Below are positions 49,704 through 62,590 of a stretch of 64,000 nt of DNA, in pieces (the first letter of the stretch is position 1; every line of letters starts with the position of its first letter). Position numbers and translations under genes: made by a program. The notes under the pieces were generated by a model, which searched no databases, was not told the DNA's origin, and saw only the letters and a list, made by a program, of their open reading frames with translations. Location: positions 992,001 to 1,056,000 of the forward strand of contig JAYWIR010000036.1 of NCBI GenBank assembly GCA_036172245.1, given 5' to 3'. Origin of the DNA: Raillietiella orientalis. Taxonomy: Eukaryota.

Positions 49704-50460
49704 AATGGATTTGAAGTGCCCTTTTAAGCCAGAGTTTTTAGGAAATAGCTATGCATTCAATGAAAAGAGACGTTTAGAAGGGTTTTAATAGGGATGCGTA
49801 TCTTTCTCAGAAATACGACTTCATCGGAAAATTCGCAGGGCTTTTGAAATCGTCGTTTCGCAAAGTTCAATTTAAGGACACGAGCATTTTTACGGCTTCG
49901 TCTTTTGTGTTCAGAAATTGCTTTACGTGACGTTTAGACACTACCTTTCAGCCCCATGCGTATGCTTTGCAAGGATGTGTTCTCGGGAATTCGAAATGTA
50001 CTTGTTTCGTATTCGACAAATCTCATATGTCTGCAGTGAATCTCCCAACAGGAAGTTTCAAAGTCGAATCAAAGTCTCTCAACAAGGAGTTGTGTTCCGT
50101 TTGATTCGTATTCGAATTCATATTTTCTCTGCGACGCACTTCCATTTGCAACTGCCACACGTACACCGTAATGGCAGTCATCGTCACTGTAAAGCTGCAG
50201 TTTCCACTCATTTTTATGAAGACGTGGAAGAAGGGTAATCTCACGTCTTCATCTGGGGTTGAGATCACCAACTTCGTACAGGTTTCCTTCTCATGAGCAG
50301 TATGCGTGGGTACTTCGACACTGGGCAACGTTGGAAGTGTGGAAATTGGCAAAAATTCAAAGGTGCTCCGATGATTGTGGTCAAGCAGATCAGCGGACTC
50401 TGTGGCAAGTTTGCGTGGGAGCAGCTTCAAGTATCATTTTGGAGCTGCCCCTAGGACGAG
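49330..50460 (+). mobile_element. Old non-LTR RT relic
   Basis: RVPG, GRLVLMAK..FRII (cf. LI.K..YRPI), RAFEIV (cf. KAFD.V), QQG, FYED (cf. YADD) and FKYH (cf. FKYLG), in order. Confidence 0.4.
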
Positions 50461-51989
50461 CTCGAGTGTAAGGCATTTTTCCATGTTCCATGTTTTCCGG
50501 AACATGGAAAACGGAAAGATGCATCATAGTACGGCAGGTTAGGATAGGGGAGAGCAGATGTGGAATGTGGTCGTTATGAATGCTTTGCAGTCTTATTCAA
50601 AGAGTACTCTTATAGCTGGGTCGGCGCGGTATTTACAAGCGAAGCTATCATCACGAGGCACTGCATTGAATAGTATGTGAAACTACGTGCAGTGCCGTAG
50701 GCGTTTCGTATGCTGCACCGTCTCAAAGGCAAGGATTTGAGAATGTGCCCATCAGTCTAAAGCAATCGGTATTATAGAAGAATAGGCTCAGATATTACGA
50801 TTCCCTTAAAATCCTTGTTCGGGGTGGCAATCGTGCTTCTAAAAGTGTTTTCGGTGTTTGGACTTGGCTTAACTGAACACCCTGCTGAAATCGTGTTTCA
50901 AAGCCTTTCAAGTACATGCCAGTAAATGAGGATACGTGGCCATGTCTTTCAACGGATTCTGATTGCGAAATTTCCCTGCGAGACTCAGATGAACAGTAAG
51001 GACTTCCATTCTTTCCAACCGTATCTGCAGATGCGTGCTACTCTATTTTCGACGCTTTTGTCTCTTTGGTAGAAGTTCGGAAGTGATCGTGGGCGTAAGC
51101 CGTAGAAATCACTCACTGTAAGACGCTTTCTACTTCAAAAGCGAGGACATCTTAGGGGAGTCAAAGAGGAAACACATGAGTTTCTTATGTCTTTCCTCTA
51201 CTAAACCCGCCTGCCCGTCTCCTTGTTGATTATTTCGAATGATTCTAGCAGAAACGATAAAACTGGTGAATTGAATCTTCCGTTTTATTTTGAGTTCTTG
51301 TCAGTAGCCGATGTCATTGCAAAGTGTTTCGTAATTTCTACTCAGTTCGAAATCCTCGAGATGAAGAAAAATATCGAGCCAAGAGTAAGTGTTGACGTCA
51401 CGCTTAATGGAGCACATTATGAAGCGGATCGAAATAAAAGTGTGTCTGCTCTGTACACTGCAGCATGCAGTTCCCGAATTTAATTTCTCACTTTACAGGG
51501 CATAAAATACAAATTACGTGATTAGATGAGAACTCATGTAAAGAAGGTCGTTATCGTCACATCTCCTTGCTTTCCTTATGATTTTAGTGTTTTATTCGTG
51601 GTCACGGTTTGCGTCTTCAGATCTCTGGGGTCCCTCCCGGTACCCAAAGCCGTACGTGAACGTTGGTTTTCCATTAAGATTGCTGTAAAGTTTATTCACA
51701 AAGTTTGTCCCTTCCTTGTAGCATACCAGACTTGGAGTGCACCCCAGGCTACGTAACGTCGTCGTGGAGATGGTTGTCTACATAAAATAAGTTTTGACGG
51801 TAATTCACATGCAACCACATACAAAAAGATACCTTAAGACTTTGCTCCCGACGGTGCTGGCAGTCTTCCAGACTTCATGCTGAAAACAAATTGCTTAAAA
51901 CGCGCGCAATAGAGAGGAGGTTTCCATTTCATTTGATTCTTATTCCAACCTTTACTTTAGTTCCACACTTTGGCTACCGGAAGGAGGTT

Positions 51990-53100
51990 TCAGGTGGGGA
52001 ACAGAGAAACCAGTTGGCTGGTTGAATCCCTCGTGCCTCTCGCGGTGGTGAGCCACACGGTTCGTGGTTTCATGATGGAAGTATCCGGCAGTCGTTCGTG
52101 CTGCGATGATCCGGATTTCGTTGGCATGAAGTAAGGGGGATTCGCTTGTGAACTGGGTTCTGGACACACGCAGGCACGTCCTGTGAGGATGGCTAAGGAA
52201 GTCCTGTTGGGAGTTCTGTGGTGTGTGATTCCGTTTTCGTTGAGAAACAACACTACCTATCCGATCCGCACTACCAGTGTTAAAAGTTGATTTGTTTGCG
52301 TTCTTGCATCTTTGGTATTTTTGTCAGAGTAGGAACTACGATGGCATTCCTTCAGGAAGCTGTTTGTCTGCGTCGACCGCTCAGCCAAAGTTCAGAGTTT
52401 GTCTGTGATTTTCAGCGATTCTAGCGAAAGTGATTGCTAGCGTATTCTGCCCATCTTCGCGCTGCAGACATTTCTCGCTCTCCGAGGTTGCACTTCCTTC
52501 GGAGGTCAAGCTGTTAGGCCGGACGTGCCGTGTCAGTGTGACTTTTCATTCAGCCAGGAACGATTTTCTTGCCCAGATGCTGGTGATGCTGTGTGCGCGT
52601 ATGTGCACCAGGGTGTTCACCGGCGAAAAATGAAAACGGAACCACCAGCTCAAGCATGCATGCCGTAGTTTCTAAATGCACAGTTTCCTTTTCGTGCCCT
52701 CGTCTTCCTGGTACTTATGAAAGATCTTGTGCTGACTCTTCGCGTGATAGTCATGGAGGTCTTACTGTCCTCCGAATTCCAGAAAAATTGACATTTGGAC
52801 GAGGAGCATGTGTTTAGGTGCGCAAAGTGCGAAATGGTCTAGGCAACAGCCTGAATAGAAAGTAAACTTTTTCCCTCAGCGTACACGTCGAAGAAAGAGG
52901 TGGTGTAGTTGTGGACTTTCCAGGCGAAACGCTATGTGGAACCGGTTCCTGTGGTCAAAGTCGTATGCTTTTTGTCTCTTGCGGACGGAACTAGAAGTGA
53001 TTCAATCCACAAGGAAATTATGGACGATTTTTGCCGTAAGCATTCAGATTGTGTTATCAGAAGCCGTTTGTGAAAAGCTGTGCTTGTTTGCTCAAGAGGG
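51990..53100 (+). mobile_element. Old Tx1-like RT relic
   Basis: VVSHTVRGF (cf. Q.GF), VFTGEK, and NRFLWSKS..LRTEL (cf. F.FLW...R..L). Confidence 0.4.
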
Positions 53101-55619
53101 GAAGACCTTGGGAACACGAATACAAAGAACTTGGAAGTGAAAAGTCCAATCCTCATTTCTTGAAATTCGAGCAAACGGAGCAGTTTGCCACCACATGGAA
53201 GGAGATGCCTTTCTTTTGTTTTTTGTTTTTGTATTCCCCAACTGTCCAGCATGACCGTGGAATCGAATTTCAGCGATCATGCGCTCTCGATGATTCCATA
53301 GGCATCCAGCACGTACATTTGTAGCTCTTAGCATCATCGTTCCCTTAATGTTGTGATGCAATCAAATGCGCAAACAGACAAAGGAACTTACGATTAATGA
53401 CAGCGGAATCGGCTGCAGCGTCTCTTCTACGAACACGGAGCGGCAGGGTGGCTGACTGGAAAAATCGCGACCCGGAAGAAACGGTTTCGATGAAAAATAG
53501 GGATGTGGTTGCGCTGGACCCGTGCATCGGCGATTATCTCAATGCGCCGGCAGTGGTGCAGAAGTCACTGATCCCGTTTGCCGTTGGTGGAAACAACGAA
53601 TAAAATCAGTAACGTATGATTAATTGTCTTGTGTTTGTTTATTCCGCTTCGCTTTTGGATAACGATGCAAAATACTGGAAACGGTTCGCCTCCCAAGTAA
53701 CTACATAGCAATGATGTGATATGAGTATGTAGTCAGAGTTATAGTACGTGAAATATTTATTAGCGAAGTATTTATGAATAAGGGAAATAACTTATTGAGT
53801 GCCATCACTCTGACTTGATCATTCGAATATTTGAATCAGTAAGAGTTCTTGCACGCCAGTTGATTTCACAAATCAATTACTTCCGAGGTATCCTTTAGCT
53901 ATTCACTGGAAGACACTTTAGTGTGTGTGTGTGTATATGTGTGTGTAGCATTGTTCACGTATGCGCTTTGGTTTTACAATCTTCTATGTACTCGTGCCCC
54001 TTTTTTGAGGAAGGAAACCGCGCAGTCAAGTCTTCAGCATTCCCCGAGATTGTCTTGTTTGGCGATGGGCAGAGTTCTGTTTCTTAGGCGTGTGGGTTTC
54101 CAGGCAAAGACGAATGGCAGGAGTAACTTTTGTCTGTGATTTCCAAAACCGCTTACTCAGTCGGTACTGATGGACATCACCTTCTGGAGCGAGGATTTCA
54201 GAATTTCTTAAATCAAGTGTTATTGAAAGGCTTTATTGGACTGTGAACACAACGGTCCATGCTTGGCTCTCTCGTAAAGTGTTGAATTTTTTTTTCTCCC
54301 AATGATGGGAGAACCTCCCAGCCTTGGACGGTCCTGGATAGTCCTGGAACGGGCGGTCCTTAAGTTTTCGACGTTGTCAGAGCAAAGCGCAGTGGTCAGC
54401 AATCAAAAACCCGGTAGAGAGGCTGATTTCGTTCTGACCATCCTTCAAGTTTCGGCCTTCGAAGCGCATCTGCTGAGCGCGTTCAACTGTGGGAAAATTG
54501 GGCTCCAGTGCTGGAGAAAACGATCTGCCCGAGTCTATCGTTGTCGGCGGGATCTGTGTTAATCCCCCCTCAAGAAATTCCGGTTACTTCCAAGCATGCA
54601 GAGTGTTAGTGTTGATATTTCTCACGTAGGTTATTCGAATGCACCGTAATATGGTCGCCTCCGTTTTGATTGGCTCATTAAATTGTGTTTTGATTTCGGC
54701 TTAGCCTGCAGTCGGTCCATTATGCTCAGTTCCGATAATGGTCGTGCATGTTATCCGGAAATTTGATGCAGCACGACTCAAAAGATTTGAGTGTCTTACG
54801 TTTTTTTTTCTTCCTTTTTTATTAGGTTTGCACATTTATTCATCTGGTATCTTTTTTTTTTTTAGTCCCTATTTGTCCGGACAGTTTTGGAAATGAATAT
54901 CAGAAGAAATGAAAAGTCCGTGTCTTGTCTGTTTACCACCCCTTTTGCAGTTCCGCTACTTAGAACACGCAGCTTTTTGCTCCACCCTTTCACTTCTGAG
55001 ATGGTTGATGCTCCTCGGTTTTATGTTTTCTTTCCGAATTCTGCTCTCTTGTGTTCATACCGTTGCTCTTCGTTGCTTCGTGGAGTCCACTTCTCATTTT
55101 GCGTTCCAGCTATGAATTCATTGAATGTTGTGCTCGTGCTCTCTCATGCCATTCGTAATCGTAGATGTTTTTTTCTGTTTATTTTTTGCATTTTGTTTGT
55201 GCCGCAAAGGGCTCTCTCTATTTATATGGCATGGAAAACTCTCAGGAAAGTTTTGCATTCTGTTCTTAGCCCGCCTGCCTTCCGAGCTCTAGCGAATCTT
55301 TGCCTGGTGTGCTTCGGGTTTTCAGATTCTTCTCTTCGTATTCCTCCTCCGTATGCTTTGTGGACCTCAGGTAAGAAATCAGAAAGGGATGATGCACAGT
55401 GCAGCTCGAATCCAAAGACCGGTGTGGTCCCCTCGTGAATCAATCGCACTCAAGCGCAGGATCCAAATGTGATGCGCGTTGTTTTTCCCATTTTCCCATT
55501 ATAAGCTCCTTCCTATTGTCTTTTATTCGTCTGTAAGCATCTTGAAATTACATCTTTAGGTTTTCGTTTCCAGGAATAGGTAGTTTTGCATTTAACGGAA
55601 TTTTAATGCACGCAATAGC

Positions 55620-56060
55620 TTGCATGTCGTTTCCTTGGCAAGACAACACGTGCTGTTCTTTCAGAGGTACGGTAAAGTGCCTCGAGACGCAATGCATATG
55701 TTGATTTTTTCCGAAGGTTTGTCTGTTCTGTTGTTTTTCAATGCGCTGACCTGTGTTCTCACATCATTTGGCATTATCATTTGTGCGCCTCCGCAGTGGG
55801 CAGCCGAGGTCCTGCTCGAACTGTATCTGTTGCACAGCATCTTTGTGCGCACATTTTTAAGAAAGCACGCGGAAGTGAACAGTCCGTTTGCCTTCTGTCG
55901 GTTGCATCGTACTGTGCTCTCTGCACACCCAATTTCTTGCAGACAGAAAGGGTTTAGAAGGTTGCTTACGCTTTGGGGTTTTTTCATATTTGAAAATAAG
56001 TCGATGAGCTTACGATTATCGATTATTCTGTATTTCGCAGATGCCACCGTTAGATCTTAA
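55620..56060 (+). mobile_element. Old non-LTR RT core relic
   Basis: One open frame holds LTCVLTSFG, EVNSPF..RTVLSAHPIS (cf. VNG..RGV.QG.PLS) and ILYFADATV (cf. FADD). Confidence 0.45.
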
Positions 56061-56449
56061 GCACATCTCAAATGTACTCGGCGAGTACGTAAATCATGGA
56101 AAGTATATGCATATCACCACTCAGCTCTTCAAAACGTCAGTTGTGAAGATCTCAACTGGATGTGCATTTGATTCTCCACTCACTTGGAAGCTACTTTTCG
56201 TCCATAAAATAGAATGAGTTAGAAAGCATCATTAATATAATCCAATCAAAAAAGAAAAAAGCTTTCTATTTATTATTTTAATAGGCACATCGAATGTTCC
56301 TTGCGTACTCGATGCTTCTTCTGGCTCAAGTCAGTTAAACGTAGGAGAATGCATTACATACATGCATTATTTAGCATTCATTCTTTATTCAGTTATCAGT
56401 TTCCTATAATTGGATTCACGAATGTATTTTTATTATTATTATTATTCAG

Positions 56450-57540
56450 CGTGCTATTTTATGCAAATCGGAAAAGTTTGCCGCTATTTAGCGGTCATCG
56501 CGGTGGTAGTTTTGTCGTTGACCGTTGGTCACCTCGACTTACCAGTGTGCCAAACGCGCGTGTACGCGTACGGACCGATGTTGTGCACTTTGTTATTCCT
56601 CATGCCGGAAATCCATGTTGCCTTTTTTCATTTGGATCTCGAAGCAAACTGCTACTATGGAATGTTCGTCCCCAGTCCGTTTCAGGACGTGTGCAATTCG
56701 TAGAATACGTGTGCTCTCGTCGTGGCTAACCCGGTTTTCGCCGCAAGCTCCAGACTTCTAAACGCGGGAAAACTTTTCTGTATGGACCGTGGATCCAGCA
56801 GAATCCTTGGCTGTAGCAGGAAAAGGCGCGCTGTGCTCGTTGCAGTAGAGTTTCTGATCATGCTTGAGTTTTCCCTGCTCTGGCAGCTTTGGGTTTTCTT
56901 TTTAAAATTCATTTGCGAGTCCATGATGTCTGGCTCGAAAAAAGTACGTGCTTCCCGATGCTTCTTTGGGACTTCACGCTCGAACACGGTGTGTGTGTGT
57001 ACCTCTGCCAAGTTCAAATGAAGTCGTTTCCTTAATTTCCCGTGCTATTTGGACTCTATCTTAAGGAGGGGACTGGAAAAAGTACGTCTCGGTTCGACGA
57101 GTCTGTAAAATGCTACTGTGTCTCGGTAGTCTTTCTCGTGATAGTCGAAGGGGAATCAGAAGAAAGGAAGAAAAGAGGAAAACGAAAAGCACGAAGCAAA
57201 ACAAACCAGAAGCTTGATTTAGCGGAACGGCAGCTAATTGAAGTTTGCCCTTCTAGAGGATGCTGGCTTCTCCTTTATCTTTTATTCGAATCTGGGAAGA
57301 TCACTCGATTAAGTGGTTAGCGCAGAGTCGTGTTTCATGTCGCGTGTTGCAGTATTTTTGGGAGGGCTCTGTGCACAGAGTAGGCCTCAATAGGAGCTGT
57401 CGGAAGTTCCCGCTGAAGAGGAGTGACGGGAAATTGGAATGTAGCGATCCCCGATTGAGATTTGTGATGAATGTCAGTCGAATGGTAATGAACAGAGGAG
57501 AAATTTTGCTTGCCTCGTGTGAGATCACAATCAATAGTTG
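56450..57540 (+). mobile_element. Old Tx1-like RT relic
   Basis: SPFQDVCNS (cf. SVRQGCPLS), ESMMSGSKK..FFG, LFGLYLKEG, and LQYFWEGSVHRV..SDGKLECSD (cf. F.W.G..RV..GGL..D). Confidence 0.5.
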
Positions 57541-59497
57541 AAAATGGGGAGTGCTGAGAAGATGCCGGCAGCGTCTACATAGAGAGGGAGGATGATTGCG
57601 GTGCAGTCGCGGAATTCGGGTACACAAGGGAGTGGTTTCCAGTTTTGACAACGCAGAAAACGGATTAGCATGGATAGTGTTTCTTTCATCTGGAAAGATT
57701 TAATCCACTTTCCGCTAAAGCTTCAGTCCAACGTCAGGCAGTTATTTTTTTTTCTGGCTGTTCTGTTCGCCCAAGGTCTTCCGATGTTCACTCCTTGTTG
57801 AACGCGAACTGGCGAAGAGCCTGCCTGAGCTCCCCTGTTGTATGGTGCACACCTAGGAGCATCAGTGGGAGCATCTCACGGTGCTCGGTTCTTTGGTTTC
57901 GGGATGCGAGCGACCTAGGTCGACTCTCGACTTTCCGTTTTCGTCGTTCACGCAACCTCTTCAGTAAAACTTTCCGCTGCGTAATTGCGTCTCACCAACT
58001 ACTAGCATGCCTTTTTATCTCTGCGCTGATGCTTGCAAGTAGGATGCTGATGCAGCAGTAGCTCGTAGTAGTAAAGTTGATGGTTTTACTGGGTGCACTC
58101 ATGGCGCTTCGTTTCAAATGAACATTCTCAATTGACGCTTATCATGGTTTAGTGAGGTCATTTGTTTGATCTTGAGTGTATTTGGTTTTGTGTCTTCTGG
58201 GAAACACATGCACACAAAAAAAAAAAAACTGTTGCGTGGATTTTTCTTTTTCCTTTTTTTTTTTCCTGTTCGCCTCGAAAAGCGTGAGGACTCGTAAACT
58301 CGTGTTGTGCTTTCCTGGATTGGAGGGGAAGAATAGATCGAAGATAAATATATTTCAGACCCTTGATTCGGGTTTGCTGTTTCACGAATGGTTCAGAGTT
58401 GTGAAGTTTGCAAATTGCATGCAGTCCGTCGGGTTTCATTCGGAGTGAGCTGGATCAATTGTAAATGCTTGTTCTACATATTGGATGCATGGAAATGTCG
58501 TGACGTCATTTTCTGGAAAAATCCCTACTCTTGCCCGTTTGAGCATTAGCTTGAGGTCTTGAAAGAGTGGGTTGCCTTGTGGTTCCGGTCTTCCGTTACC
58601 TGAGTTTGTATTACGTGACAGTCGAGAATCGTGTTCGTTTTGAGCACCAGCTTCCGTACTACCTCTTGATGTACATTTATGTACGTTAAGGTTTGTGAAC
58701 GTGAAGGTGAGCTGCTTTATGAGATGCACGGATGGAGGCATCGTATGTTGAGAAGGTTTCCGGTTTGCAACGAAAGTCTCGCCTTCGCACAGCGAAGTTG
58801 TTTTTACGCTTTTCGTGATTCTGTCGGTTCCTTGCTTTATAAGTCCTTGCTTGAGGGGGCGATAGTATGGCACTACTGATCGTTTGCATCGTGATCACTG
58901 CTGACGTATGCAGCAGCACGGAGACGGACAGCAGCTTAGAACGAACTCTGTACCAGTTCTTGCCAGCGTCGACTTTTCCTTGTGCATAGTCAGCTAAAAA
59001 TCCATAAGAAGTCTCTTTTTCGAATTATTCGTTTGCTTTGCATGGAAGCTCTTTTGAAAATCGTGGCGCTTTTGGTAAATCGAAGGGCAGCATTCACGAA
59101 AAAAGTTTCCGTGTTCCGAAAGGAGAGAGAAGAAGACCTGCAGATGGACGATAAGTACGGTGTGTGTCCCTAAACACGAAGGGAACTTTTCCTGCGCCGA
59201 ATCTATCCCATATGTTCCGAGTTTTCGAGTTACTAACCTATTTGTTTTATTAAAAGTTCAATGCTCTGCAGGAACGCGTCATGTAGATTTTCTCTCCGTT
59301 TGCAGCTGATTGCCTTATGAGATCCTTTGCAGACTGCTCTTCCCGAAATGATTGGTTTCTTAAGCGCGACTGGTTTCTCTCTTAAGCCTTTTTGACAATC
59401 TGCGAAGCTCTGTCCATACGTCCATTCAGCTTTCCACATGAAACGTCATGTGTTTGTGTATCTGTGAATGCGCATCTGTATATATAAAGTGTCTGTA

Positions 59498-59520
59498 TGT
59501 GTGTGTGTGTGTGTGTGTGT
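59498..59520. repeat. (TG)n microsatellite
   Basis: Directly visible. Shorter TG runs occur near 25236 and 53921. Confidence 0.9.
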
Positions 59521-59903
59521 TTTTCGAAACTCGCTAATGATCGTTCGACGTGTTGTGCACGATTTAATGTTCTTTTTTTTTTTGGCTCGTGAGTGTTGAT
59601 GATGGAATCACCCAAATGATGATTAGTACCGTGTTCAGTTCGCACGATGCAAATTCTCAAGATCTTTGCTTGCAGGTGCAGCACCTCCAAATGAAGCCAA
59701 CGTAGCAGAAATTTCACCAGGTATTATTTTTTCGAGATTCAGACGAATTTCCTGATTTCCACGGTTGCTGGGGGGTGCATCTCTTGCACATTCTCTCCTC
59801 CCCCTGTGTTTCGTTCGAGTTTTCACCATCACGAAAGTAAAATACGAGTTTTCATACAATGTCTCCGAATCCAAAGACAGTCTGCAGGTGTTAAGTTTTT
59901 TAC

Positions 59904-59904
<1 letters not shown>

Positions 59905-59944
<40 letters not shown>
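59905..59944. repeat. 40-nt poly(T) run
   Basis: Directly visible. Many other poly(T)/poly(A) runs occur, for example 49668-49696. Confidence 0.95.
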
Positions 59945-59948
<4 letters not shown>

Positions 59949-61384
59949 GCAACGCTTTTCGGGGTAAGGGAACCCCAAACAGAGATTTTTTTTTTTTTTT
60001 TTTTTTCTACAACGGATGGTCCGTATTGCTCCAATATTAGTTTTCGGCCACTCACGTTGACGAGTGGGTGTGTTTTCTTTTCATTCCTCGTTCTTCATGG
60101 AAACATTTTCCGTAAGTTCGAATCGTCTCGATGCCTTTCGATGCCAGCGCATGAGTGCTGTTGGGGCTGAATAAGAATTCTGTTTTTCTAAAGAAAGCTT
60201 CGTGTCAGGTTTTGAGAAAGGAAAACAAGCCGAAAAACAAGCTGCCGAATTAAATGGTGCTGGAGCTACCGAATTGCGTTGCGGAAAAAGAGGAGGAAAT
60301 GCACACCGAGGGAAGCTTTGATTGAAACAACAAACGCTGCCACGGGCTGGAGCTCATTTTGAGGAGCCGTCACTTGGAAAGGCGGAGTCTTCAGCGTTTC
60401 GGTCAGCACCAGCATGATTCGACTGCGGAGATGAGATGCTGCAATCTCATCATTAGTCATCAGTAAACCGTCTTTTCAAGACAGGAGCACGAGTTTATGG
60501 ATTCAGTTTGCTTTTGTGCGAATTTACGCAAATCTTATGGGTTTGTTTTTCTTTTCAAGCTTCCAAATCGCGTAGGATTCAAGATTCTTTTCATTTGCCT
60601 TACTCATCTTCGTGAAATGAAATACGTTGACTAACTGAAAGAGTTTCTCTTAAACTACTGCGTTGCTTTCCATGCATTAACAGCTGCCTGGGAAAGCGCT
60701 GTTCTGACTCCAAAACGATCCAGTGATTGATCATAATAAGCAAAGAGTATTCAAGCCTGCTTCTACGTTGCTCCCTTAGTGCTTCTTCGGATGTCACAAA
60801 AAGCGAAAATCTACCCTTTGTGGCAAAGAAGGGGAAAAAAAAAATTTGGTGTGAACCAGAGTGCCTTCTTGACAACCATATTAATTAAGAAGCACTTCGA
60901 GAGTACGAGGTAACCTTCATCGAAAAGCAAGAAGGATGAAAAACCAGGCTCCACAAAGACCCTACCGCTGCTTTTCTCAACGCTGTAGCAATCCCATTCC
61001 AATCCAGAGCCAATTGGAGAGCCAGAGCAGACTGCTGGTGGTCTGGTTATGTGCAATTTTCATGGCTGCAATTACACAGATGGTAAAGATGGGAAACCCC
61101 ATGTCTCCGAGAAATCTCTTGTATAGCAGCTTGGAGCAAGGCAGCGATCGCTCCTGTCGGTCCAGTAAAAGCATACCAATAGCATCAGAGAAAGTGCCTC
61201 AATCCAGTCTTGCCTCGGAATTCAAGGAATTCTCCTCCATTCTTCCCGAAATGGCGAAGCTGGAAATAAACCTGCAACAGAATACTAACATGTGAAAAGA
61301 CTAATTGATGATGCTTGATGGAAGAAGACGGCTTCTCCAGGTGATCAACCGGAACAGACTGTTATTTCGTTGCCAGACACTTGA

Positions 61385-62554
61385 TTGATCCCGTTAGTGG
61401 ATCGAAATGATGTCATCTCAAGCTGCATCATCGATCGTAGCTTGCGAGGCATTGCAAATGCCATCGATGGCGCAACGTTTCTGGAGTCGGAGTTGCACAT
61501 ACTACCAACAGAAAATATGAAAATAAAGATTTTGAAACTCCTTGTCTCCGCGAGCGAAAGAAACACCCAGGCAAAGTCGATTTTGCATCTTCTGGTTGTT
61601 TCGTAAGAGCCTGGTTCGCGGAACCACCAAAAGAGGGGACTAACGAAAGCGAACCGATCTGAGACACAGTCGATGCGGAATTCTGTTGAAGAAAGGGGAA
61701 CGAAGCTGAAGGGACGTTTTTTCCTGTTGATGAGGCCATTCCAGCACACAAAGATATGGTGACAGGATCGACATTATGCTAATGACCATTCCAACCTTTG
61801 AGGACTTCGCGGATGAAGATCTTCACGAGAAAGAAGTTACTGTGCTAGCAGCGTTCCTGCTGTAGCGTACAACTCGGCCACATCAGAAGATGTGCAGAAA
61901 AAAGAAGGATGCTGAGTGTTATGAAGTATTTTGCAGATCACGGAAGTGTCTGTTACAACGAGTGACTTAAATTTCAAGGCCTATCTTCACCTGCCATAAA
62001 GACTACTTTTAAATAGCAAACTTTCATTTTAAATCATTGTGGGGGCTAACGTTGATCTTTTGCTCATATTTGATTGCCGGACAGGTGCGGGGCCGTGCTA
62101 TGAGTTTCATAGCAGCTGGTTCCTGCGGTCTTTGCTCCGGACAGAACATTCTAGATAACTTGTGTTGAATCGGTTCTCTTTTTCGGACCGTGGGATGAGG
62201 TGGACCACAGTGCATTTTCTTTTGAAAAGTATCACTCTGACGGCTTTTGTGCATAATAGCATTGCTCGTGGCTTTTGTTGAAGTGGTCCCTCGTTTGCTT
62301 ACAAGGGACCTTGTGTTGTTTCGGTGGACTCGACCACCCGGCAATCTGCCGCGCGACGCTCACTTATGCGTAAGGTGCACTGCGCTTCTTACGATGAATT
62401 CGGATTACTTCCTCGTGCAGAGTGTACGCACCGTCATCTTATTCATTCGTTCATCATCTTCATTCTGATGCTTTAAAGCCGGAGCCACATCATTGCATCA
62501 CTAAGCTTCCAAGTCGAAAGTCGGCCCACCGGTGTCCATCTGAAGCGGTCCTTG

Positions 62555-62590
<36 letters not shown>

